Assembly (NCBI GenBank): GCA_963752475.1 | Contig: CAVVYR010000036.1 | Span: 1 to 62,694 of the forward strand | Reading direction: 5' to 3' | DNA: 62,694 nt | From: an uncultured Chloroflexia bacterium | GTDB taxonomy: Bacteria > Chloroflexota > Limnocylindria > Limnocylindrales > CSP1-4 | Part shown: piece by piece, positions 28,352 to 38,361 of the stretch | How positions within the stretch are numbered: position 1 is the stretch's first letter | How the letters are laid out: each line of letters begins with the position of its first letter | Position numbers and translations under genes: made by a program | Notes under the pieces: generated by a model | What the model was told of the DNA's origin: nothing | Database searches by the model: none | The model's input: only the letters and a program-made list of their open reading frames with translations

Positions 28352-28813
28352 CTAGGACCCGGTGTCGGTGGTCGTGATGACGCTGCCGCCGAGGCGGGTG
28401 ATGACCTGGACGTTCAGCCGCGGTGCATCGTCGGGCAGGTCCGTGGGTGGCGTCACGCGGACCTCGTTCTCTCCGCCGCCGAGCAGGATGTCGTCGACGG
28501 TCACGGCCCAGTCCTCGCGCACGAGCAGCTGCAGTCCGCCGAGCGTGTTCTCGATCAGAACGCTAGCGCCCGCAGGGTCGATGGTCGCATTCCGCAGATC
28601 GATCCGGGCGCCGCCCAGGACGACTCCGATCTCAGCGCTGCGTAGTCCACCGGCTCGGCTGGTGAAGTCGAGCCCGTTGAGGCAGCTCATGCGTCGGAAC
28701 TCATCGCTCGCCTCGCTGCCCTCCTCGAACTGTCTCGAGACGACCAGTGCCGCCAGCCGTGTGACGGCCAACGTCGCGAACAACAGCAGCACGGCCTTGA
28801 GCAACGTGCGCAT
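28352..28813 (-). CDS. LiaF/DUF2154-like cell-envelope stress protein
   Basis: N-terminal TM; LGGARIDLRNA...LGGLQLLV.EDW.V...GG pattern; GGAGG SD. Confidence 0.7.
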   Translation of the reverse strand: MRTLLKAVLLLFATLAVTRLAALVVSRQFEEGSEASDEFRRMSCLNGLDFTSRAGGLRSAEIGVVLGGARIDLRNATIDPAGASVLIENTLGGLQLLVREDWAVTVDDILLGGGENEVRVTPPTDLPDDAPRLNVQVITRLGGSVITTTDTGS

Positions 28814-29030
28814 GGGCACCTCCACATCTCGGCCGCATCGGACCGCATTGGCCTGACCATAGCGAGCATCGTCGGCCGCAGGCCCGTCCATAGGCCTACC
28901 TCTTGCGGGCGGAACGGCCCTGTCTCTCCGGCTGGCGCCGTAGCAACCTCGAAACGGGTGAACCTGTGCGCGGGTACCGCAGGGTCTTCGGGTGGCTGTA
29001 CCCCTGGTTCTCCATGCTCAGGAGGAGATC

Positions 29031-29510
29031 ATGCCTACGGTCGATCAGGCCATCGATGAGTTCTTGTCCCTTCAGCGCATCGCCGTCGCGGGCGTCTCGC
29101 GCGACGCCAACGGCACACACGCGAGCAATGGCATCTATACACGCTTCAAGGAGCGCGGCTACGAGGTCTTCCCGGTCAATCCGAACACCGACGAGATCAT
29201 GGGCGACCCCTGCTTCCGCAGCCTCAAGGACATCCCCGGAGGGGTCGACGGCGTGGTCATCGCGACGAACCCCAAGGTCTCTCTCTCCGTGGCCCAGGAG
29301 TGCAAGGAGCTCGGTATCGAGCGAGTCTGGTTCCACAAGAACTTCGGGGCCGGGAGCTACTCGCACGAAGCGCACGACTACTGCAAGGAGAACGGCATCA
29401 CCGCGCTCGTGAGCTGCCCACTGTGGTACGGCAAGACGCAGGACGGCTTCCACAAGTACTTCGGTGCAGCCTGCCGCGTCCTCCGACAGGTCCCCAACAC
29501 GCTCGACTAG
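29031..29510 (+). CDS. CoA-binding domain protein
   Basis: IAVAGVSR, GYEVFPVNP, SLKDIPGGVD, GIERVW; AGGAGG SD. Confidence 0.88.
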   Translation: MPTVDQAIDEFLSLQRIAVAGVSRDANGTHASNGIYTRFKERGYEVFPVNPNTDEIMGDPCFRSLKDIPGGVDGVVIATNPKVSLSVAQECKELGIERVWFHKNFGAGSYSHEAHDYCKENGITALVSCPLWYGKTQDGFHKYFGAACRVLRQVPNTLD

Positions 29511-29658
29511 CAGCGGGCGGTGAGACGCCGTCTCTACCAGTGCGATGAGCGGATCCGGGCGCCCCTCTGACTTCGCGATCTTCATGTCGCGGATGCGCCG
29601 CACGCCGTGGCGCAGGGCCATCAGGCAAGCGTGGCGAGCACGTGGGAGAGACGATCAC

Positions 29659-31164
29659 ATGCTGCTTCCGGAGCGCCTCGAGGGCGCCATCTATGGCCAC
29701 CTCTGTGGCGACGCGCTCGGTGTGCCCTACGAGTTCCGGCCGCCGGCAGACATCGGCGAGGTCGAGTGGCGCGGCTATGGCACCTACTCGTTGCCACCGG
29801 GCACGTGGAGCGACGACGGCGCCCTCATGCTGGCGTTGCTGGATTCGCTGCTCTCGACCGGCTTCGACACCGATGACCAGGGCCGACGCGCGCTCGCCTG
29901 GCGGGACGAGGGTCAGTACGCCGTAGCCGGCGAGGTCTTCGACGTGGGCACCTCGACGACGGTCGCACTGCAGGCCCTGCGCTCCGGCGTGCCGGCCGAG
30001 GAAGCGGGGGCGGTCGAGGCCCGCGGCAACGGCTCGCTCATGCGCATCCTGCCGCTGCCGCTGGTCTTCCGTGAGACGACCGATGCGGAGTTGCTCGACA
30101 TGGCCTTCCGGGCTTCGCGGGTCACCCACGGCAGCGCCGAGGCGCAGATCGCCTGTGGCCTCTACGTGCTCATCGTCCGCCGCTTGCTCGCCGGCGAGGG
30201 AGACCGACCAGCGGTTCTCCTCGAAGCGCGGCGTGTCCTGCGCGCCGAGCTGGGCGCGCGCGGGCTACCGGGCTCGCGGGACGCCGCCACTCCGAGGGAC
30301 GCCCTTCAGCAGTTGGACGCGTTCGAAGCCTGGAGCGGGACTCGCGGCAGTGGTCGCGTGGTCGACAGCTTCTGGTCGTCCTGGGGTGCGTTCACTCGCG
30401 CGACCGACTATCGCGCCGCAGTCGTGGCCGCCGTCGAGTACGGGAACGATACCGACACCACCGCTGCCATCGCGGGTGGCCTTGCTGGGACGTACTTTGG
30501 GGTCCAGAGCGTGCCCGTGGCCTGGAGACGCGGGCTTCGGGACCGCCACGTCGCCCAGACGCTGGCGGATCGGCTGGTCCAAACCGATGACTCGGAGTTC
30601 GGGGGCACGCCCTGGAGCACCTCGTCGGCCAACCCGCTGCGGGTCGACCTCATGGATCTCGGCGGCACCGACCTGGTCAGAAGGGGAGGGCGTGCCGGGA
30701 TGACGTTCCTGCCCGGCAAGCGCTACCTGGGCTACTACAAGGGACCGCAGTGGCGCGACCTCCAGAGCGACCTGTCGTCCCTGCGGGAGGCCGGCGTCAA
30801 CGTGCTCCTGTTGCTCGTGGAGGATCACGAGCTGGAGCGTTGCCGGGTGACCGACATCGCCGATGTCATCTCCGAGTACGGGATCGAGCTGGTCCGGCAT
30901 CCGGTCCCGGACCCCATGACCCCGAAAGACGACGCCGCCTACCGACGCACCGTGGCCGAGGTCGCGGAGCGAGTGCGGGACGGACAGACCTTGGCCATCG
31001 CCTGTCGGGGCGGACTGGATCGTGCCGGCATGACCTCGGCTTGTCTCTTGCGAGAGGGCGGCCTCGATGCCGACAGCGCCATCGACCGCGTTCATGTGGC
31101 CCGCGACCACACGCTCACGATGCCCGACCAGCTCACGTACGTCCGCGACTGGCCTCACGTCTGA
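29659..31164 (+). CDS. ADP-ribosylglycohydrolase fused to a C-terminal CDKN3/dual-specificity phosphatase-like domain
   Basis: GDALGVPYEF, GTWSDD, GNGSLMR, GNDTDTTAAIAG; C-terminal MTFLPGK and CRGGLDR (CX5R). Confidence 0.85.
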   Translation: MLLPERLEGAIYGHLCGDALGVPYEFRPPADIGEVEWRGYGTYSLPPGTWSDDGALMLALLDSLLSTGFDTDDQGRRALAWRDEGQYAVAGEVFDVGTSTTVALQALRSGVPAEEAGAVEARGNGSLMRILPLPLVFRETTDAELLDMAFRASRVTHGSAEAQIACGLYVLIVRRLLAGEGDRPAVLLEARRVLRAELGARGLPGSRDAATPRDALQQLDAFEAWSGTRGSGRVVDSFWSSWGAFTRATDYRAAVVAAVEYGNDTDTTAAIAGGLAGTYFGVQSVPVAWRRGLRDRHVAQTLADRLVQTDDSEFGGTPWSTSSANPLRVDLMDLGGTDLVRRGGRAGMTFLPGKRYLGYYKGPQWRDLQSDLSSLREAGVNVLLLLVEDHELERCRVTDIADVISEYGIELVRHPVPDPMTPKDDAAYRRTVAEVAERVRDGQTLAIACRGGLDRAGMTSACLLREGGLDADSAIDRVHVARDHTLTMPDQLTYVRDWPHV

Positions 31165-31181
31165 GCCGAGCGCCGGACCGC

Positions 31182-31210
31182 ATCTCCACGGAATCTCCAT
31201 CTTCGGTCCA
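31182..31210 (+). promoter_or_regulatory. Phased direct repeats (ATC)TCCA at 11-bp period; candidate OmpR-family binding site
   Basis: ATCTCCA at 31182 and 31193 and TCCA at 31207, upstream of the gene that precedes the two-component system. Confidence 0.5.
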
Positions 31211-31294
31211 CCGTGCCTGCGCCCGGGGTCGCCATCGTCACGAGCAGCAACCCCCCAGCGCGTCCCCGACGCGCACGACAAGGAGACATCGACG

Positions 31295-32200
31295 ATGCCC
31301 CACCTCACTTCCCGGACCACCCTCGCTTTCGCGACCGCTCTGGCCCTGACGGCCTCCGCGCTGGCCCCCGCGGCCGTCATGGCCAAGGGTCCCAATGGCA
31401 GCGGCAGCGGCAATGCCGATCGCGCCGGTGACTGCACCGTTGAGCAGCCCCAGGCGCGGCAGGTCCGCGCACGAGACGGTTCTGGTGCGAACGCTGACCA
31501 GGCCATCGAGACAGAGGTCCGTGGCAACGGCCCAAACGCCAACGCCGAAGGCAATGGCAATCGCCGGAACGCCAACGCCGAAGGCAATGGCAACGCCGAA
31601 GGCAATGGCAATCGCCGGAACGCCGACGCCAACGCCGGCCAGGGCCAGAATGCGAACGGCCAGGGACAGAACGCCAAGCAGGGCGCAGGCAACGGTCCCA
31701 ACGAGGACGGCGAGCGCGGCCCCGGCACGTGCGACGAGTGCGACGCCGAGATGGGCACGCTCAGCGAAGAGCAGGTCGCAGGCCTGGTCTTCATGGCCAA
31801 CGAAGAGAAGATGGCGCATGACGTCTACACGGCCTTGGCCGAGGAGTACGGCGTCCGAATCTTCGAGAACATCGCCGCTGCCGAGGCTCGTCACATGGAG
31901 GCCGTAGACACCGTCCTCGAGCGCTACGAGATCGAAAGCGACGCCGTCGACCTACCCGCCGGCCAGTTCAGCAACACCCCCGTCAGCACGCTCTACGAGG
32001 GTCTCATGGCAGACGGCCTGGTCAGCCTCGACGACGCCATCGCCGTGGGCGTGCTCATCGAGCAGACCGATATCGACGATCTCAAGGATCGCATGACAGA
32101 GGAACTCAAGACGGAAGCGCCGGACGTGTACGAGATGTACTCGCACCTCCTCGCGGGCAGTGAGAATCACCTCGAGGCCTTCCAGGGCTGGCAGTCGTAG
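31295..32200 (+). CDS. Secreted DUF2202-like ferritin-fold protein with an Asn/Gly-rich repeat linker
   Basis: AAGGAG SD; signal peptide; NANAEGNGNRR repeats; EEKMAHDVY, IF.NIA.AEARH, IEQTDIDDL, GSENHLEAF. Confidence 0.82.
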   Translation: MPHLTSRTTLAFATALALTASALAPAAVMAKGPNGSGSGNADRAGDCTVEQPQARQVRARDGSGANADQAIETEVRGNGPNANAEGNGNRRNANAEGNGNAEGNGNRRNADANAGQGQNANGQGQNAKQGAGNGPNEDGERGPGTCDECDAEMGTLSEEQVAGLVFMANEEKMAHDVYTALAEEYGVRIFENIAAAEARHMEAVDTVLERYEIESDAVDLPAGQFSNTPVSTLYEGLMADGLVSLDDAIAVGVLIEQTDIDDLKDRMTEELKTEAPDVYEMYSHLLAGSENHLEAFQGWQS

Positions 32201-32219
32201 ACGCAGCTTCTTCCTGACC

Positions 32220-32256
32220 TACGCCGACGACCGGGACGACCCCGGTCGTCGGCGTA
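32220..32256. terminator. Hairpin with a 16-bp perfect stem
   Basis: TACGCCGACGACCGGG-acgac-CCCGGTCGTCGGCGTA. Confidence 0.6.
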
Positions 32257-32269
32257 CCATCTGCGTCCC

Positions 32270-32953
32270 ATGGCACACATCCTCGTCGTCGACGACGAGC
32301 CACACATCACCGACGTCGTGAGTGCGTACCTCACGCGGGAGGGCCATCGAGTCGAGACGGCGGCCGACGGTGATATGGCCTTCGAGCTGGCTCGCTCCTC
32401 GGATCCGGACCTGCTCGTGCTCGACGTTGGTCTTCCGGGTCGCTCGGGCTTCGATGTGCTCCGTGACTTGCGAGCCGACGGCGTGGACAGTGCGGTCATC
32501 ATGCTCACGGCCCGCGATGACCTCGTCGACCGCGTGGCCGGTCTGGAGTTGGGGGCTGACGACTACGTCACCAAGCCCTTCGAGCCGCGCGAGCTGCTGG
32601 CGCGCGTCGGCGCCGTACTGCGCCGCAAGGCCGAGAGCCTGCCGCCTTCAGCCGTGCGCTCGTTCCTGGACCTCGAGATCGATATCGACGCCCGAGAGGT
32701 CACGCGTGAAGACGAGCCCATCGCGCTGACACGGGTGGAGTTCGATCTGCTGGCGACGCTGACCGAGCGACCCGGCATCGTCCTCGGTCGCGGGCAGCTG
32801 GGCGAGCGCATCTACGGCGAGGCCTTCGAGGCGGACGACCGAACGATGGACAGCCACGTCAAGAACCTGCGCCGCAAGCTCGGCCGCCCGCCGGCAGGTA
32901 GCGACTACATCGAGACCGTCAGGGGCGTCGGCTATCGGGCGGCCCGGCGATGA
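32270..32953 (+). CDS. OmpR-family response regulator
   Basis: ILVVDDE, LDVGLPG, MLTARD, GADDYVTKPF, DSHVKNLRRK, TVRGVGY. Confidence 0.95.
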   Translation: MAHILVVDDEPHITDVVSAYLTREGHRVETAADGDMAFELARSSDPDLLVLDVGLPGRSGFDVLRDLRADGVDSAVIMLTARDDLVDRVAGLELGADDYVTKPFEPRELLARVGAVLRRKAESLPPSAVRSFLDLEIDIDAREVTREDEPIALTRVEFDLLATLTERPGIVLGRGQLGERIYGEAFEADDRTMDSHVKNLRRKLGRPPAGSDYIETVRGVGYRAARR

Positions 32954-34077
32954 GCCTGCGCCTGCGCCTGGCGCTCATCTTCGCGCTCGTGGCCTTCGTC
33001 ACGGCCGGCATCATCGCGGTCGCCACACCCGCCATCGTCGATCAGGGGTTCCGGCAGTTCGCGGACGACTCGGCCGCCCGCCGAGAGGGCCAGGGGCAGG
33101 GGCAGGGGCTTGGGCCCGGGCCGCGCGAGGGACGGGGGCCGGGGCGCGCCCAGCGAGAGACCACCCTGGCCATCATCACGCTCGGGGTCGCCGCGGCGGC
33201 TGGAGCCTCGGTCCTCGGGTTCCTCGTCGCCGGCAGGCTCGTCTCACCCCTGGACCGGCTGCGGGATGCGGCCGCCGATCTCGCCGCCGGTGACCTCGAG
33301 CGACGCTCCGACATGGCTGACCGCCCCGACGAGATCGGCGACCTGGCACGATCGTTCGACACCATGGCTGAGTCGCTCGAGCGCTCGGACGCCATCCGAC
33401 GACGACTGTTCCAGGACGCGGCGCATGAGTTGAAGACGCCGCTGACCGTCATCGACACCACCACCACGGCCATCCTCGATGGGGTCTACGAACACGAAGA
33501 CCGCTACCTCGAGACCATCCGGAACCAGTCACAGCAACTCTCTCGCATCGTCGACGACCTGCGTACGGTCAGCCTCGCCGAGGCCGGCCGCCTGCCCATG
33601 GAGCTCGTTCGCCTCGATGCCGCTGAGGTCGTGCGCGAGACAGCGACAGGCTTCGGCTCGGCGGCCGAGCTGGCCGGCATCGAGCTCACCACCAGGATGC
33701 CCGATGAGCCCCTGTGGGTCGTGGCCGACCGCCAGCGACTGACCCAGATGCTGGGCGCCCTCGTGGACAACGCCATCAGGCACACACCGCGAGGGGGACA
33801 CGTGGCCATCGAAGCTGGGCAAGTTGGCGGTCAGCCCGAGCTGGCGGTGCGCGACGACGGTCCCGGCATCCCGCCGGAGGACTTGCCCAACGTCTTCGAG
33901 CGGTTCTACCGCGTGGACCCGCAGGCGCAACGCGACGCGGGCACGTCAGGCCTGGGGCTGTCCATCGTCCATGCGCTGGCGGAGGCGCAGGGTGGCACGG
34001 CCACCGTCGAGAACATGCCACCACACGGCGCGCGCTTCACGTTGCGCCTGCCTGTCGGGGGTCGGTCCCAGTTCTAG
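32950..34077 (+). CDS. HAMP sensor histidine kinase (BaeS-like)
   Basis: Two TMs, HAMP (DEIGDLARSFD), AHELKTPL, DNAIRHT, DDGPGI, GLGLSI. Confidence 0.93.
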   Translation: MSLRLRLALIFALVAFVTAGIIAVATPAIVDQGFRQFADDSAARREGQGQGQGLGPGPREGRGPGRAQRETTLAIITLGVAAAAGASVLGFLVAGRLVSPLDRLRDAAADLAAGDLERRSDMADRPDEIGDLARSFDTMAESLERSDAIRRRLFQDAAHELKTPLTVIDTTTTAILDGVYEHEDRYLETIRNQSQQLSRIVDDLRTVSLAEAGRLPMELVRLDAAEVVRETATGFGSAAELAGIELTTRMPDEPLWVVADRQRLTQMLGALVDNAIRHTPRGGHVAIEAGQVGGQPELAVRDDGPGIPPEDLPNVFERFYRVDPQAQRDAGTSGLGLSIVHALAEAQGGTATVENMPPHGARFTLRLPVGGRSQF

Positions 34078-34282
34078 CGACTCCGGTTGACCTTTCGCGT
34101 CAAGTTATCTTGATAGCCAACCACAGGTCCTCCAGTCTTCGGGCCACAAGGCCCGTGCATACCGGCCCGGTGGTCACTTCAGGGTGGTCGACCGTTCAGG
34201 TGTACTAGGTCTTGTGAAATCCGACTTGCCAAATCAGGATTGCGAGCACCGCTCATGCAAGTGGTTGACTCGCGTCGTCGCG

Positions 34283-34591
34283 ATGGGTCGTCCCGTCCCC
34301 AAGCGATGCCGCAAGTTCTGCCCGGCAGCAGCATCCATCGTGAGCCTGGATCGACTCGGCCGAGGTCAGACCGGCCGGATCCTGCGAGTCGGCGGTCGAC
34401 CAGCGACGCGGCGCAGACTCCTGGAGCTCGGTGTCGTACGTGGCGAGACGATCATGCTGCAGCGTGCCGCGCCGCTCGGTGACCCACTCGAGTTCGTCGT
34501 CAAGGGCTATCACCTCTCCCTCCGCAAGCGTGATGCCGCGACCATCCTCGTCGAAGCGCTGGAGGCACCTGCCGAGTCGGCCGCTGCCTGA
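34283..34591 (+). CDS. feoA: Ferrous iron transport protein A (start uncertain; alternative GTG at 34340)
   Basis: RRRLLELGVVRG...APLGDPLE...GYHLSLRKRDA. Confidence 0.85.
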   Translation: MGRPVPKRCRKFCPAAASIVSLDRLGRGQTGRILRVGGRPATRRRLLELGVVRGETIMLQRAAPLGDPLEFVVKGYHLSLRKRDAATILVEALEAPAESAAA

Positions 34592-35121
34592 TGGGCGAGG
34601 TCCTGACGCTCGCCCTCGCGGGCAATCCCAACGCCGGCAAGACGTCCATCTTCAACGCGCTCACCGGTTCGAACCAGCACGTAGGCAACTGGCCCGGCAA
34701 GACCGTGGCCAAGATGGAGGGCACGTTCCGCCGGCGTGACATCGTCGGGCGCATCGTGGACCTGCCCGGGACCTACAGCCTCAGTGCCTTCTCGCCGGAG
34801 GAGGTCATCGCTCGTGACTACCTGCTCACGCGAGAGGCTGACGCGGTCATCAACGTCGTGGACGCCACCAACCTCGAGCGCAACCTCTACCTGACCTCGC
34901 AGCTGCTCGAACTGGGCATTCCGCTGATCCTTGCGCTCAACGTCATGGACAGCGCCAGGTCACAGGGTCTACGCATCGACACCGAGCGCTTGAGCGTCCT
35001 GCTGGGCGGAGCACCGGTCGTGGAGACCGTGGGGCATCGAGGGCGAGGGATGGACGAGCTCATCGACGCCGCGGTCGGCCTGGTCGGGGTCGATAGGGCC
35101 CAGATGCGCCTGGTGGCCTGA
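34591..35121 (+). CDS. feoB: FeoB N-terminal GTPase domain as a separate ORF
   Basis: GNPNAGKT, VGNWPGKTV, DLPGTYSL, DATNLERNL, LNVMD; ends at TGA 35119-35121. Confidence 0.88.
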   Translation: MGEVLTLALAGNPNAGKTSIFNALTGSNQHVGNWPGKTVAKMEGTFRRRDIVGRIVDLPGTYSLSAFSPEEVIARDYLLTREADAVINVVDATNLERNLYLTSQLLELGIPLILALNVMDSARSQGLRIDTERLSVLLGGAPVVETVGHRGRGMDELIDAAVGLVGVDRAQMRLVA

Positions 35122-35122
35122 G

Positions 35123-36824
35123 GTGACCGCTTCGACCGCCGCTGATCGGCCGCCCCTTCGCTATCAACTACGGCACCGATGTCGAGCCCCGTATCGACGA
35201 GCTCGTCGGGCTCATCGACGCGACGCCGTCGCTCTCGCACTACCCCTCGCGCTGGCTGGCCATCAAGCTGCTTGAGGGCGAGGCCGACATCCTCGACCGG
35301 GTGGCCAACGTCGATGGGACGTCGGCCGTCCTCGAGCTGGCGGAGTCCGGTCGCGATGCCATCGAGGCAGCACACGGCGACACCGCGGACATCGCCATCG
35401 CCGATGCCCGCTACGGATACGTCCACGGTGTCGCGGTCGAGGTCGTCGATGCCTCCCGGGCCTCGCGCTACTCCATCACCGACCGGCTGGACAGGGTCCT
35501 CACCAACCGCTGGGTCGGCCTGCCCATCTTCCTCGTGGTCATGTACGTCGTGTTCCAGCTGGTGGTGAACGTCTCGGCGTTCTTCCTCGACTGGGTCGAC
35601 GCCGTCATCGGCGGCCCGCTGACGCGCTGGGTCTCGAGCCTCCTGACGTTGATCTCGGCACCCGACTGGTTCGTCTCGCTGGCGATCGACGGCGTCATCG
35701 CCGGCGTCGGTGCCGTGCTCGTGTTCGTGCCCGGACTGATCGTGCTGTACCTGTTCCTGACCCTGCTCGAGGACAGCGGGTACATGGCCCGCGTGGCCTT
35801 CGTCATGGACCGTGTGATGCGCTTCACCGGATTGCATGGCAAGTCCTTCATGCCCATGATCCTGGGCTTCGGCTGTGCCGTCCCCGCGATCTACTCCACG
35901 CGCACGCTCGAGAGCCGTACCCAACGCATCCTGACGAGCTTGGTGTTGCCGCTGATGTCGTGCTCGGCACGGCTGCCGGTCTACGTCGTCTTCGGCTTGG
36001 CGTTCTTCGGGGCCGCGGCCGGCAACGTCATCACCGCGCTCTACGTCTTCGGCATCGTCATGGCCGCGATCGTGGCCACGGTCATGAGCCGCACCATCCT
36101 GCGTGAGCGGGAGGACTCGGTCTTCGCTCTCGAGCTGCCGCCGTACCGGGTGCCCATGCTCAGCGTGCTGCTCCGACACACCTGGCAGAAGACGCGCGAG
36201 TTCGTGGTCAAGGCCGGGACCGTCATCTTCACCGTCGTGGTCATCCTCTGGTTCGCGATGAGCCTGCCGTGGGGTGTCGAGGATCAGCGTGACAGCTACT
36301 TCGGCCAGGCCAGCGCTGCGGTCGCGCCGGCCTTCGAGCCGGCCGGGTTCGGGACCTGGGAGGCTACGGGCGCCCTGGTCACCGGCTTCATCGCCAAGGA
36401 GGTCGTGGTCTCGACGATGGGCCAGATCTACGTCGGCGGCGAGACGGCCGAGGAGTCCGACGAGCCGGCGCCGACCGTGGGCGAGGAAGTGCGCGAGATC
36501 GCCACGGGCCTTGTGGCGGCGGTCGATGGCGCCGCTCGCACGACCCTCAGCCTGATCCCGGGCGTCGACCTCATGCCAGCCAGCGAGGTCGAGCCGGAGG
36601 ACACGCAGCTCAGTGCGGCCCTCCAGGGAGCGTTCACGCCGCTGGCTGCGACGGGCTTCCTCGTCTTCGTGCTTATCTACACGCCCTGCGTCGCGACGCT
36701 GAGCGCCATTCGTAGCGAGTTCGGCTGGCGCTGGGCGGCGCTCTCGGCGGGGTACCAGTTCGGCATCGCCTGGTTGCTGGCCGTGCTCATCTTCCAGGTC
36801 GGGACGTTTCTGGGGTACGCCTGA
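35123..36824 (+). CDS. feoB: FeoB membrane portion (probable GTG at 35123 with a +1 C frameshift near 35154)
   Basis: ARYGY, TDRLD, LEDSGYMAR, GFGCAVPA, MSCSARLPVY, ELPPYR, AKEVVVST, YTPCVAT. The frame is open from 35127; removing one C joins it to GTG 35123. Confidence 0.85.
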
Positions 36825-37102
36825 TGCTCTCGGCCATCCTCGCGGCCATCCGTGAGTCGGGCAAGCCGATGTGCCTGTCCGATCTCAGTGCCGCGCTGCA
36901 CATCGAGGAATCCGCGCTCGAGGGCATGCTCGAGACACTCGTGCAGCGCGAACGTCTTCGGGCCATCGAGTTCGTCGACGACGGCTGTTCGACCTGTCCC
37001 GTGAAGGGGGGCTGCTTCATCATGAACGACGGCGTGGCCAAGACCTACGCACTGCCGCCCGACCCCGGAGCCACCGAGCGAGCGCGACCCAGCTTCGGGT
37101 AG
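36824..37102 (+). CDS. feoC: FeoC-like winged-helix protein
   Basis: DLSAALHIEESALEGMLETLV HTH plus CSTCPVKGGC; directly follows feoB. Confidence 0.75.
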   Translation: MLSAILAAIRESGKPMCLSDLSAALHIEESALEGMLETLVQRERLRAIEFVDDGCSTCPVKGGCFIMNDGVAKTYALPPDPGATERARPSFG

Positions 37103-37337
37103 CCGGGCCTTGCCGAGGCCGAGCTGCCGACGGTCCTGTAGGTCGCTCGCACTGAGCCTCGTTCGCCGACCGAGCCCAACACCGGGCTGCCTCGTCGCGC
37201 CCGCCGCGAGCCGCGCCCGCCGCGAGCCGCCCCATCGCTGCAGTTGGGCCGCTGCGTCTTACTTCCCCGTGCAGGTTGCTGAACGCGGTCCGCGGGGACG
37301 CGCACCATCGATACCGGTTCTGCGTCGGTCCGGCTGA

Positions 37338-37482
37338 ATCCCGTGCTGGGTGAACTCGACGTGAAGTGCCGCCGACTGCTCGGTTCCAGCCTCTGCCAGG
37401 CTGACCGTGCCGGTCTCACCCTTGTCGGGGCTGAGATCGGACAGTTGGGCAGCGGATCGGCCGAGTTCAGCCATGGCGGGAT
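37338..37482. repeat. 145-bp element with terminal inverted repeats, copy A (REPIN/MITE-like)
   Basis: Ends ATCCCGTGCTGGGTGAACTCGAC / GCCGAGTTCAGCCATGGCGGGAT (18/23 inverted match); aligns without gaps to copy B. Confidence 0.75.
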
Positions 37483-37596
37483 CGCGGTCCCCTCGTCCTG
37501 TCGGTCGCCGTGGCCGCAGCGCACTCATCGAAGTCCCCAGGAATCACTGGGATTCATCCGGCGTCACCCGGCTCCCTGTGGCGGAGGTAGAGCCGG

Positions 37597-38250
37597 TCAG
37601 ATCAGGATGACCGCGGATCCGCCCGGGTCCTGGCCGGCTTCGATGCGTTCGAGAGCGAGGCGGCCCGGGACCGGGAAGTCGCGCATGAACCCTTCGCCGG
37701 CAGCGCGGAGGAAGCTGCGGTTGTGGCGTGTGTCGGCCATGAGCAGGATCAGGTGATCGACATTGCCATCGCGTCGCTTCAGAGCCAGCTTTCGTTGCAG
37801 CGCTTGGGAATCTCGGCCTCGAGTCTCAGCCTCCACCCCGATGCGCACATGCCCGAGCCGAACGAGCGCGTCCCATGCTCGCTGGTCACCTGGGTTCGGG
37901 AAGGGCACCTCCGTTCCCCAACCCGCTGTCTTCGGGAGCCGTACCCGGAAGCGCTCCAGGACCGCCAATTGGGGTGAGTCGCGGAGTGGCTCTCCACCAG
38001 GGAACAGGTCCGCCCTGAACACGAGCCCTACGGCCGCTGCTGCACGGAACAGATCTTCGAGGGCGAGCCATCTTGCGACTCCCCGTTCCATTCGACTCCA
38101 GCTCGATTGAGCAAGACCTGCCCCACGAGCTGCCGTAGCCTGACTGAGGTCATGCTCGAGGCGGGCTTGTCTGATCTCGGCGCCGAACCGCTGACGAGCC
38201 TGTTCGGAGGCCCGGATGGCCCGGTCGATTCGTCGGTCGGTGGCTGGCAT
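37597..38250 (-). CDS. XRE-type HTH protein with a C-terminal putative PD-(D/E)xK nuclease-like domain
   Basis: IRQARLEHDLSQATAARGAGLAQSSWSRMERG HTH; C-terminal TEVP...RAWDALV...IGVEAETR. The nuclease call is inferred from motif spacing. Confidence 0.7.
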   Translation of the reverse strand: MPATDRRIDRAIRASEQARQRFGAEIRQARLEHDLSQATAARGAGLAQSSWSRMERGVARWLALEDLFRAAAAVGLVFRADLFPGGEPLRDSPQLAVLERFRVRLPKTAGWGTEVPFPNPGDQRAWDALVRLGHVRIGVEAETRGRDSQALQRKLALKRRDGNVDHLILLMADTRHNRSFLRAAGEGFMRDFPVPGRLALERIEAGQDPGGSAVILI

Positions 38251-38361
38251 CAGCGCAAGAGTGAACGCCGCGGCTTGGCTGCGGGGTATCCCTGGCTTCG
38301 TTCGGGCTTGACTCGAGTCGCCCGATCGTGGGCAACTGTCCGTTCGGGGTCAGATCCATTC

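Noticed and set aside
34085-34260. Fur/FNR box or riboswitch upstream of feoA
   Set aside because: TTGAC-N7-GTCAA and TCAAGTTATCTTGA dyads are present but do not match a consensus I can support, and I recognised no riboswitch.
37045-37528. Minus-strand ORFs of 89 and 159 aa
   Set aside because: No recognisable motifs; they overlap the 145-bp structured element and GC-rich low-complexity DNA.
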